64,000 nucleotides of DNA, taken from contig NW_015166508.1 of assembly GCF_001447785.1 (NCBI RefSeq), positions 62,001 through 126,000 of the forward strand. Reading direction: 5' to 3'. Under the pieces are notes generated by a model. The model saw only the letters and a program-made list of their open reading frames with translations. It was not told the origin of the DNA and ran no database searches. Shown one piece after another: positions 49,627-60,805 of the stretch (its first letter is position 1; every line of letters starts with the position of its first letter). Source of the stretch: Gekko japonicus. Taxonomy: Eukaryota. Both the position numbers and the translations under genes were made by a program.

Positions 49627-50040
49627 AAGGGGGTGTCAAACATGTGGCCTGGGGGCCGGATCAGGCCCCCGGAGGGCTTCCATCAGGCCCGCAGTAGAAC
49701 TGGTCATCTCCTGCTTCGAGTTCTGCTGCTGCATCATAGCTTGCTTCGCCAGACTCTCTTAATCACTCAGCCATTTCATGTTTTAACCTGGGTCCTAGAC
49801 TCAGAACTCTGAGCATGAGATTTCTGTGGTGAATGTAATAAATCAAAAGTAGGTTTGTAGCTGACAAAGCTAGTGTTTTAAGCATGTTTTTATTTTAAGT
49901 AAAAATCTTTTTGTGTCCTTTATAAAGTTTATATCTCTGCTACCTGGCATTACATTTTATGACACACATGGTCCGGCCCAACAAGGTCTCGTTTATGTCA
50001 GATCCGGCCCTCGTAACAAATGAGTTCAACAACACCCCTG
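49627..50040. mobile_element. hAT (Charlie-like) non-autonomous element
   Basis: AGGGGGTGTCAAAC...ACACCCCTG; TSD TGTTAGAT / TGTCAGAT. Confidence 0.8.
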
Positions 50041-51059
50041 TGTCAGATCCTGGTCAGTAAATACTTTATAGGATCCATATGTGCTTTGAGGGTACTTGCT
50101 GCAGCAACCTTGCTGAAGCCAAGTGATTCTGGTCAGTGCTCAGGTGGGCAACTTCTTGGTAATGAAGACAGGTGGGATGTAAACATACACCTTGAACTGA
50201 GCTTAAGACAAGAGGATAGTTATGTCAGTGCAGAGGCCCAGTCATTTATCCCATCAGAAGATGTAATGATGTATTTGGGTCCCCGCTGGGGAGAAAGTGG
50301 GATATAAATGAAGTAAATAAATAAAGAACACATGCTTTGTGGCATGCACTAACACGTAAACCTGTGTGTCTCACACTTCGAACTGATGCAATTCTGTTCT
50401 CATAGGGGGAATTGTGCAAGCTTCACATGAATACACACTTGCCATCTCCCCTGCATGGGTTCCCTGTGGAAATGCAAACAGTAGAAAACTGAAGCACAAT
50501 TCAACTTGTTGGTGCTGCTGTTGTAATTCTTATTTCCTTTTAATGGCCTTACCTACCTTTCAACATTTCCCCTTTCTCTAGACCACAGTGTTTCACAAAT
50601 GGAGAGGAAGAGCATACTTACGGCAGAAAGTAGCTCCCTCAGCATATAACTCCCTTCTGACTGGAGGGGAGAACTGGAAGAATTCAAGGTGTTTATTTTC
50701 ATTCTGGTATGTGAAATGTGAAACATTTATTCAATTCTGTGAAGGACTGGTGACTAATAAAAAGATACTGGCTGCTAAAAACTGATACTGGCACTGGGAA
50801 TTTGAAATATTTTTAAGCCTCTCTCACAAGCCAAGCCACATGCCACAGGCTTAATATCCTCAGGGAGGGCTTTGCCCAGGCCTATCTGATCTAGTGAAAA
50901 TGCCCCCCTTATGATAATCAGAAGACCTTGAGCATGAGCAAAACCAAGCATTCTCCAACAAAATGGTACTGAGATGTAATATAACAGATAATAAGATACA
51001 ACTGGGGGAATGCGACTTAAGTTATTTACCAGGCACTGTTGCACAACAGGCATTTTGCA

Positions 51060-51061
<2 letters not shown>

Positions 51062-51114
<53 letters not shown>
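51062..51114. repeat. (TATC)13 microsatellite
   Basis: Direct inspection. Confidence 0.95.
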
Positions 51115-51117
<3 letters not shown>

Positions 51118-51289
51118 ATATGGCTATCACCTTAAGCAGAAATTAGAACCATTTTTAAAGACCTTAATCAGTATTATTTCTTTCACATTTGATTATTGCA
51201 CCTATGAATTTTGCCACTGAGAGGGTGACATGATCATTGGTATCTGATAGTAGCCATGACACCTGGGCTCGCACATTTAGCAGTTCCGT

Positions 51290-51605
51290 ATCTTTAAGTA
51301 AAGGGGGGTGACTAAATTAGCCTTCAACTCATTGAATATAGGTCACTCCAAACCATATGTTCAATGGTTTCGATTGTATCAGATGAGCTTCTGCATGTTC
51401 TGTTAGAGTATGATACTTTATTATATCTGCCCTCCAAAACCACTGAGGCAAGAACGTTTAGTCTTGCCAAAGTAAAAGCTCTTCTCAGTTTTGGGACTGT
51501 CAATTGATTAAAATATTTTGGCAGTTGCATCTGCAGGGCAATTTCCAAATGGAGTGTCGAACATACCCTGCACGCCCTAATAGACGTACTTGTAACAGCC
51601 AATTT
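51290..51605 (-). mobile_element. RTE-X-like LINE C-terminal fragment
   Basis: RRAFTLARLNVLASVVLEGRY...ETIEH aligns by eye with RGAFTLMRVDMLPSAVPEGRY at about 13910. Confidence 0.75.
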
Positions 51606-52743
51606 CCTTACAATTTTTTTAAATTTGTCTTATAATGTTTTTAGTTTCTGTATTTTTAATAATATCATTTGTTATTCCTAGGCATTTCATTTCCCCCCCC
51701 CCAATAGTTGATCCCATTGGCTGTAATGTTTATGTGCCTGGATAAGCATTTTGCAATTGTCAATAAAAAATTATCATTCATCTTGAGTGACAGATATAGT
51801 CTATTGTTTTTTCTTAGAGGAAATCCTAATCTGGATTTTATCTACATTCTTATATTTGAAATAATTAAAATGAGTCCAGATAAATGTAGTTCATTCTGAT
51901 GATGAAAATAACAGCTTAGTAGGCTTTTAAAAGAAATGCCTACAGCCCCAGCTGAAAACTGCCTGGAAGAATATAAACCCATTTTCAAAATCTAATTCTG
52001 TTGCAGTTGATCTCCTGAGACTATGGTTTTCAGTGATGTTATCTTTCTTCTAGTTACTATGGATATGGGCAAAAGAGGATAATTGTAGTTTGTCTATTTG
52101 GCTGAAAGGAAGCGCCTATCTCCTCCATTTCAGAAATGCACTTGAATGGAAAGTAAGCTACAATGTTTTGGTACATTTAGGATTCTCAGCCTTTACTTGT
52201 GTTTGTTGCTGAGTTCCCTTAGCTGAACGAAATGCTAGCAGGTATGCTTACTCTTACTGAATAGTTTCCCTAGGACGAATGAGTGATGGATACTTTGGGG
52301 TAATTTAAAGTAAACAAACAGATATTTCCAGGAGCTGATTCTTCTGCAGCAGAATTGATCACAGTCTGCATACATGCAACTGCTTTCTAAAGTGCATTAT
52401 TTCAAAGGGCTGTGAATGGCTCAAGTAGACAAAGGTCATCCCTCCCTGCTGTTTTCACAATCATTCTGTTTCCAGTATAACTACCCAATTCCAAATTGTT
52501 TGGGTCCCAGACCAAACATTACCTTGAAATGACATTTATCACTCAGCTGCTCCCCTCCGATGGTTGCTGCTTACCCAATATTTTTCCCCTGCATAGAAAT
52601 GATGTCTGAGAAGAAAGGAAACATACTGTATGTTTTGGTCACCTACAAAGACATAGAAAGATGATGCATTTTGAAGTATGTATGAACTATGGGTTGGTCA
52701 GGTTAGAGTACCAAAATAGCTGTTTTCTGAGGAGAGAGAATAG

Positions 52744-53185
52744 GGCCCCGGTCACACGGGAGGATTTGCCACGCGAGAGGGACGGATCAGGGGTGCATCA
52801 AGCAGGCGCGATCACACCGCAACATCTGGGAAGCGGAGCACACCCGTCCCCGATCCGTCCCTTCTGGGCGAAACTGCGCATCAGAAACCCCCCTAGAAAA
52901 CACTACTACTTACTTGAAAATCCGCAGCAGGGGCAGCTGTGGGATCGCTGGCACGCCCGTCTCCAGCAGCATTTGAGGCCCCCGGCCAAACTGCGCAGGC
53001 ACGCACATGCGCAGCAGGCTGCCTCGCTCACCGATCTGTGGCTTCTCCCCCGGCATCTGATCGTGCCGGGGAGCAACTGCGCGGCGGCTTGGGGGATCTG
53101 TCTGATCCCGCCGCCGTGCATCTCTTGATGCGGCTCAAAAGAGCCGCACTTCAGCCACACTTTCCCCCCCAGTGTGACCGAGGCC
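52744..53185 (+). mobile_element. PIF/Harbinger-type MITE, copy 5
   Basis: GGCCCCGGTCACAC / GTGTGACCGAGGCC; TSD TAG / CAG. Confidence 0.85.
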
Positions 53186-53409
53186 CAGGGTTATTTTGCT
53201 TCCGTAGGTAGAGGTTAGGACTGAGAACAATGTTTGCCTAGGACAGATTGGACAATTGCCTTGATTTTTGTTGTTGGTGTTGTTGGGGGACATGCTATGC
53301 CTGGTTCCTTAGAACAGATCACACCATGCACACTCCACTTTTGTCCTAGAGGTGCCTTTAGCACTTTGCTTATTCCTTCTTTCCGCTCACACCAACGTGT
53401 GCAATCTGT

Positions 53410-53605
53410 AAATAATAATAATAAGAGTTGGATTAATACCCCGCCTTCGCTTGGAGTCTCAGAGCAGTTACGATCTCCTTTTCTTCCTCTCCCCATGATA
53501 GACAACCTGTGAGGTAGGTGGGGCTGAGAGAGCTCTGAGAGAACTGCTTTTGAGAGAACAGCTCTGGGAGAACTGTGACTTGCCTAAGATCACACCAAAC
53601 TGGCT
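53410..53605 (-). mobile_element. Squam3-type SINE, internally deleted
   Basis: Homologous to 45890-46190. Confidence 0.75.
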
Positions 53606-53768
53606 CTCAATAAGGATTACTCCCAGGGCTGTGCAGTTAAAGGCCCAAAAGACATGTTTCTTTTGAGTTGGATCCAGGTGACCGGGACCTCACCTCCCCT
53701 ACAGCCACTCCGAGAGGCCCAGTTGGGCCCAGGTCTGTGGTGTGGGGCAGTGTTACTGCCTTCCCTTC

Positions 53769-54598
53769 TGTCATGATCTGGGCTGTGCCACTTAGGGCTG
53801 CCAAGTGGGGGCGGGGGGTGGGGAAACCCCCACTTTGGAGGCCCAATTTCTGCCGTGGCAGAATCGGGCCCCGGGGGGAACTCCGCCCCCGAAGATGCGT
53901 CACCAGAGGTGATGCACGACATAGAGCACGTTGGGGGCGTGGCCCAGATCATCGGGGGGGACCAATGTGCCCTACGTTGTGCATCACTTCCTGTGATGTT
54001 CTGGCGGCGCGCGCGCATCCCTCGGCAGCTCCCGGATGGAAGCGACGCTCCCCCGCCGGTGAGTCATGCCGACTTGGCAACCCTAGTGCCACCAGAGGCC
54101 TACTAGGCTCAGGGAGCCTGTGTAGCAGTAGGTGAGGCTGGGCCTACAACCCCCAGAAGCCCCTGAGAGGTTTTGGAGCCAAAATTGACCAATAGGAAAA
54201 GAGGAGGGCTTGGAATAAAAGATCTGGAGTAGCAGGAAAAGCTGTTCTTCCAAGAGGGCAGAGCCAGAAGGAAGGCTGCTGCAGGGAAGAGACCCTCATC
54301 CTGAGGGAAGGGTGAGTAGTCCAGTGCCACTTGGAATAGTGAGCTAGGGACAGTATATATTTAGATGCGTTAGGGCATTTGATTTCTTTTCACCCACTTA
54401 CTGTTATTATTCTGCACCTTGTTGTTTGACCTTCTATACAATAAACTATTTTCATTGTTCACTCTGCCTGGTCCTCATGCCTATTGTTTGGCCAAAAGGG
54501 AGGTCAGAAGGTCTTGGGAGGGTGCTCTGGGCCTTCTCAAGGGAGCCTGGAACCAGAGGGGTGGCAGCATCAGGTGACACCCCACCTGAACCGTGACA
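53769..54598 (+). mobile_element. Solo LTR, interrupted by a hAT MITE at 53793-54085
   Basis: TGTCATGA...CCGTGACA termini; 5-bp flanks CCTTC / TCTTC; AATAAA at about 54441; MITE TAGGGCTGCCA...TGGCAACCCTA with TSD GTGCCACT / GTGCCACC. Confidence 0.7.
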
Positions 54599-55344
54599 TC
54601 TTCTGTATACAATTTTCTAAAACCAAAATAGCCTTGATGGGGAATTGTTGGCCTCCATTTTGGAGCTGCACATGGAGCCATCCAGTCTAAGAAGTGATGA
54701 TTTCTCTTGACTTTCCCAGTCCTGTAATATTACTATTTAGCAGTTCTTGCTGTCTTGGGTCAATATTTATCCAAAGAATTATATACCACACTTTTTCCTT
54801 TATAGGGATGGGAAATCCCCGGAGATATGGGAGCTGAGCCTGGGGACACTGGGGAGAGGAGGGAGCTCAGCGGAATGTGGTGCCACAGAGTCTGCCCTCT
54901 GAAGCTGTTGTTTTCTCCAGGGACTGGTCTCTGTAGTCTGGAGATCAGTTGTGATTCCAGGAGAACTCCAGGCCATACCTGGATATTGGCAAAACCTGGG
55001 ATTCAGTCTAATAAAAATAAATAATCAAAACCATGATCCATTCCCAAGAACAATAACCATAACATTCAACAGCTTTGACACCTACAAACTCTGATTATAA
55101 TTTAAAAATCTCTTTCTTTCTGTTTCCTGAATTATAATAATAGAATCATATTGTAGAATTCTAACGAGGTGACCATATTACTTCCTCTGGGAGGCCGTTC
55201 TACAATGAAACAGCTGTGGCTGAGAAAGCTCATGCTCTACTGCTGTTCTTAGAGCTTTATATGAAGGCGTGTTCAGTGGGAGCTTCTGGGCATAGCACAG
55301 TTGACACAAGGAGATACAGGGAGAGGCCATCCTGAGGTATTAGT

Positions 55345-55575
55345 CAATTAATTTACTTCATGTATACCTCGCCTTTCTCCCCAATGGGAACCCAAAGCAG
55401 CTTACATCATTCTACGTTCCTCCATCTTATTCTTACAACAACCACCCTGTGTGGTAGATTAGGTCTGGGAGAGAGGGTGACTAGCCCAAGGTCACTCAGC
55501 AAGCTTCCATGGCAGAGTGGGGATTCAAACCTGACTCTCCCAGATCCTAGCCCAGCCCTCTAACCATCACACCAC
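55345..55575 (-). mobile_element. tRNA/CORE-type SINE
   Basis: Pol III B box (GGGATTCAAACC on the plus strand), CORE-like CACAGGGTGGTTGTTGTAAG, L2-type tail. Confidence 0.75.
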
Positions 55576-57700
55576 ATGGTCTGGACCCAGAAACAGATAC
55601 GAAGGCAGTGTGGATGTTCTCAGGAAGCCTTCTCCTGGTCTCTGTCTTACTAGGTAGCAAGAATATTGGATCATAGCAAGTGGAGACTCATATTTGAAGA
55701 AAGGACTAGCCGCATTCCTCATAAAACGTGCTAATCTGTGTACATCCCCAAGGAATGTTTGACGCAAGTGTCCCCTCAGGCTGAAAGCTCAGATTTAAAG
55801 ATTCCCCCACCCCAGCAGTACAGAAAGGAACAGATTATTTGGCAGAGGCAAAAATTATGAATAGAAAAGGTATTACAGGCACAATGTGGGAAGGCTTACA
55901 AAGAACCTTGTCAAAATATTAAACAAGTTTTCTTCGTTGATTGCAGTATCTAAAAAAAAAATCCTTTCGCTTTATTAAGCCAGAGGCCCAGTTATGAAAG
56001 GTGTTGAGAAGAATGCTCAGTATCAACATATTTCATTGGTAATTGAAAGCACCCTGTATCTGGAATGAATAGTCATCGCTTTGCTGTCTTTAATTTGGAA
56101 TCAAAGTCTTCTTGGGGCTTAGCCCACAATTATATTAGCTCATTTTTGCTTTCCCTGTAAAAAATGTAAGTCAGAGCCATTCATAACTTCCAACTCTCTG
56201 TTAAAGCCGGCAATTCCAGTTCTGCATTGCCTGGGACCAGTATCGGGGAACTTTAAAAGAGCTTCTAAAATACCTGTGGCACCATAAAATGATATTTTTA
56301 TTAGGATTAATATGAATACCTGTTTGTCCGACATCACAGAGCACACAATGGAATTGCTGTGGCTCAAAGAACACGGGATAGCTATTTTGTCAGGCAGCTT
56401 CACTCCCATTGTTCTCAGCCTGAGCCAGCAGAGCTGCTTCTGCCCTACATTCCTGGGACGTGAATAATATCAGCAAAGATTACCCTGTAGTACCACATCT
56501 GTTACTAACAGGCCATTATAAAGATTGAGTATAACCTAATTAGGAAATGCTGTAGTCAGCTGGGTGTGGATGTGGGCTGATGAAGAATCATTTTACATGA
56601 GCATTGCTTGTTATAAAAGGGTGTTCATAGAAGATAAAGGAAAGGTACCTAATGTGGTTCTCTGTGCTGAGCTCAGATTTCACAAACAGAGCTTGCATTC
56701 CTCATATGGTTACTAGTGGGCTAGGACAGATCAAGGACTAGTCCCTAAAATTCTCCTGTTCAAAGTCTAAGCACTGCACAGAGTCAGTGTAAACCACATT
56801 TCACCAGCTGCTTCTTTTTTAATTAAGATATATTAATGGGTAAATTCCAAAGTTTAGAGTAAGAGGCATATTGAAAGGGAGTATGGTCCACGGGGATGCT
56901 GTCTCCATCATCTGCAATTCCAGATGGACTATCCCAGGGAATTTGAGTTGGAGCAGATGTTTGTTCTACTTGCAGAAGGTGAAAAGTCATCCATTTTCCC
57001 ACCATTTGTGCTAGGAGGTCAACACAATGATTGGTTGCCTAACCCTTTCCATTGTAAGTACCTAAGATTAATTAATAACTAACTAAATTAATAAGGATAA
57101 GAAAGTTGATTCTTAGGTAGAGGTGGATTTGGATAGTGGCCTTCAAATAGTAATGTGTATATTCTTCCAGCTCACTGGCACCCATATGTAACCATGACTA
57201 CAGGTTTAACTCCAGTGCTGTGTCAATGTGGTGCCCATATCTTATGCATATTGCAACTGTCACATCTCGTTCCGTATGTGAATTGAAACATTCATAAGGT
57301 GGGGCCACAAAGACTACCCATCAGCTTTTTCAGAGGCTGTCCTCCAGTTGTGAAATGCCCCCTTCCTTTCCCTTCACTTAACATTTTCTTGCAAGAGGTA
57401 GAGATATTTTGCTTACAAGGATTTTGATATTGGTTTTATATTGTTATATTATATTACTTTGTTGTTTGTATATCATGTTGTACAGCTGTAGTAAAGAGGT
57501 GGTATACCCATGTTTTAATAAATGACACAATAAATAATATACATTGATGGGATGTGAACTAGTGACTGACCAGGAAAGAAATCTTAGGGCCACAAGTTGA
57601 TGTGCAGCAGTAGTGAAAAGGAGATTTCTGTCCTAAACATTGTGAGGAAAGGGACTGAAAACAAAATGGCCACTATCACAATGCCCTCGTATAGATCTGT

Positions 57701-57878
57701 GGGCTCTTTTTGTAGCAGGAACTCCTTTGCATATTAGGCGACACACCCCTAATGTAGCCAATCCTCCAAGAGCTTACAGTAGCCCCTGTAAGAAGAGCTC
57801 TGTAAGCTCTTGGAGGATTGGCTACATTAGGGGTGTGTTGCCTAATATGCAAAGGAGTTCCTGCTACAAAAAGAGCCC
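57701..57878. mobile_element. Fully palindromic hAT-type MITE, copy 2
   Basis: GGGCTCTTTTTGTAGCAGGAACTCC...GGAGTTCCTGCTACAAAAAGAGCCC, near-perfect arms. Confidence 0.85.
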
Positions 57879-59176
57879 AAAGGCTCTTTGATCAACTAAA
57901 ACCATTCCCTGGATTAATTTGGGATTTTAAAAAAATTTATTCCCTCCCCGCCCCCGATAAATTCTCCTAAGGGAGGAGAAGAAGGCATTTTCCAGTATGG
58001 ATTAGCTGCAATTATTATGTACTGGGTCAGCTCAAGGTCATAGATTAGAGTTCTGGAGCAACTTGTCATATTCAGTTTCCAATTAATTAGTCTACAGTGT
58101 AATAAAAGAAGAGCTCTACTGGATCAAGCCAAGGTCTACCTAATCCAGCAGACAGATATTGCAGGGAAGCTTACAAGCAGCACATGAAGTCAACAGCCTT
58201 CTCCTATGCTTTGTCCTCAGCACCTGGCATCCAGAAGTATATTGCCTCTGATGTTAAAGGTCCTATTTAGCTATTATGGCCTACAGACTTTTGTGCACCT
58301 ATCCTCCATGAATTGTCTAATCTTTTTCTTTTTAAGCAATCCAAGTTGTTGCTGGTGAAGGGCATAAGTGACTGCACTAACCATCCACTGCCTTAAGATG
58401 TGGTGCACTGACAGTAGTGTGTCACAAAGCACACTATTACCCTGGCACTGTTGATGTGCTTGTACTGGCTGTTTGAAAGGACATATTTTCAGCAGCTGAG
58501 TAGGAGGGTTGCTAATTGGCAGGGAGTGCCACCCATCCGAGAGATAAAAGTGATGGATGTAATATTTAGAAGGAAGTCCCCGACAAGCTGGGCAATACTC
58601 TGTGCCATGGAGATGATAAACGGGAGGACAAATCATCTGTTCCTCTTCAGTTCTGTGTATGTTCTGCTTATTGATCGCATTCATCTGGAAAGGCAGCCAA
58701 AACAGATGTGCCCATCTTGAGTCAGCAAATCCTCACTGTCTCTCCTTTCCCACTAGTGCTCTGCTTCATATAGGTTCAGTGATAGATCAGTACAGTACAG
58801 CACACTTTGATTGCTGTATGGAAAGCTCTCTGCTCAGGTGTTTGATGGATGAAGTTTAATAAAGACTGGTCTCTTCGTCTTGCCAGCAGCAAATGTAGTC
58901 TGCACACACATTGTACCAAACTTCTACTGAATGTTTCTACACTGTGCAACCCCCTCCCCCCAAAGATGCTTCATTTTGCTTCATGCAATACATGGTCCCA
59001 CCCTGATCCAGCATTAATCACATAATTTCTCATACCCATACGGTACATGTAGGTTTGCTAGAGGGGGCATGGGGTCGGCACCGAACATGGCGGATGCTGT
59101 CTGAGTGAGCTCCATCCCTTCCCTTGGACCCCTCCCGATGTACCTTTAAGCACAGGAGCCTGAACGCGCCCAGAGT

Positions 59177-60152
59177 ATGGGCAAGACTGGCGGAGCACGG
59201 TCAAAGCCCGAAGATGCTGAAACTCCCAATTTAAAAGACTTTTCTGGCACTGAAACGGCTGGCGGGGCAGGTAGGAACGAACGGATCAATTCCAAGATGG
59301 CCGCCGAGGGTGGGAGCCAACAGTCCCTTCAGGCCAACCTTACTAAGCATGATCTTACTAAATTTAAGACTGAAATGTTGGCAAATATTAATGATATGCT
59401 CAAACCAATGGCTGAGCAATTAGAGTCACTGCAAAACTCAATGCAGAAGGTCTCCCAGTCTGCAGAAATGGTGCTGGAAGCGGCTATCACCAATCAAGAC
59501 GACATTATAAAACTGCAATCTAATGAGTCCTGGGCCAAAGAAAGAATATTTCTTTTGGAACATAAAGCCAGAGAGCTTTTTTTAAAAATGTAGAGGCTTT
59601 CCCAAGCAATCAGAAACAACAATGGAACTAACCTCTTTTATTTCTAGTTGGCTTGCAACTACTCTACAGCTTGAAGAAGGGGTTGCCCCAATGATAGTCA
59701 GAGCCTATCGATTGGGCCCCCTCACACCAGAATGCCGCAAAGGTCCTCATGACATAATGGCAGAATTTCTGGACTTGTGCTCAAAGAATCATATACTTAA
59801 GGAAGCCAAAACTAAAGGAAGATTCAAGTTTAATAATGAAGATATTCTGATATTTCCTGACATCCCTCCAGACGCCCTACAGATTCGTAGAGTATTGAAA
59901 CTCATCACACAATGCTTGACAGAAGCTGGAATACTCTATAGATGGCTCTAAACAGGTTATCTTCAGGTGAAGCATCATGGAGCTACTTACCAAGCTGATG
60001 ATGTCGACACCGGGACAGACTTGTTAAGAGACATTGGACTTGAAACCATATGTGAAGCTCATTCATCTCAGCTGAAGAAACGCAAGTGGGAATTCCCATG
60101 GACCCTGCAGCGCGGGAGTAAAATTCCTATTAGGCTCAATATGACCCCGTGA
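59177..60152 (+). pseudogene. L1 ORF1 (coiled coil, RRM, CTD), disrupted
   Basis: Three ORF pieces: heptad-like region, IVRAYRLGP, ILIFPDIP...YRW. Confidence 0.85.
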
Positions 60153-60805
60153 CTCCAACTTTAATGCTACTGGTATTATTTTTGCTTAGATGTATTTATG
60201 TTAATAACTTAAACTAAGGCTCCTAAAGTCCCTACTACTATATTCAATTCAAGTGTTGGGAGGGGGGAAAGGGGGGGTAGGCTCAATCATGCTACCCCCT
60301 ATTGGTAAGAGGTGAGTATTTTAAAAAAATCTTCATTCTTATTTTTTTTTCTGGTCCATCAGAAGGGGCCATTAAGGCTCTGTGTGGTTGCATACCACAC
60401 TCTAGGGGACTTTCTTGGTAAAAATGTTGGGGGAGGGAAGGGTGGGGAAAGAAACTTTAATCTTATATGGTGTGTTCATTTCCCTCTCCTTTACAAGTTT
60501 TGGCTAAGAGGGAGGTTTGGAAGGGAGGGGGGTGGGGGAAGGGGCAAGATAGGCAAGCTATGGCATTTAACCTTGGTTCTATTTCTACTTACTTATGAAG
60601 AAAGTAAACGACAACGAATGTTTAAACATTGCATTTGTAATGACAGAAATTCAATTTTAGTACTGGTGGCAGGAGGTGTATTAGTGTGTTCCATGTTTAA
60701 GGAGCTGCTACCACTTTATTTAGCTTTATGGATTTTTTGTATTGTGTTGCAGGTTCAATTATTTAACTTTATTGAGATTGTACCGCTTTTCTCCTGTTGT
60801 AGATT

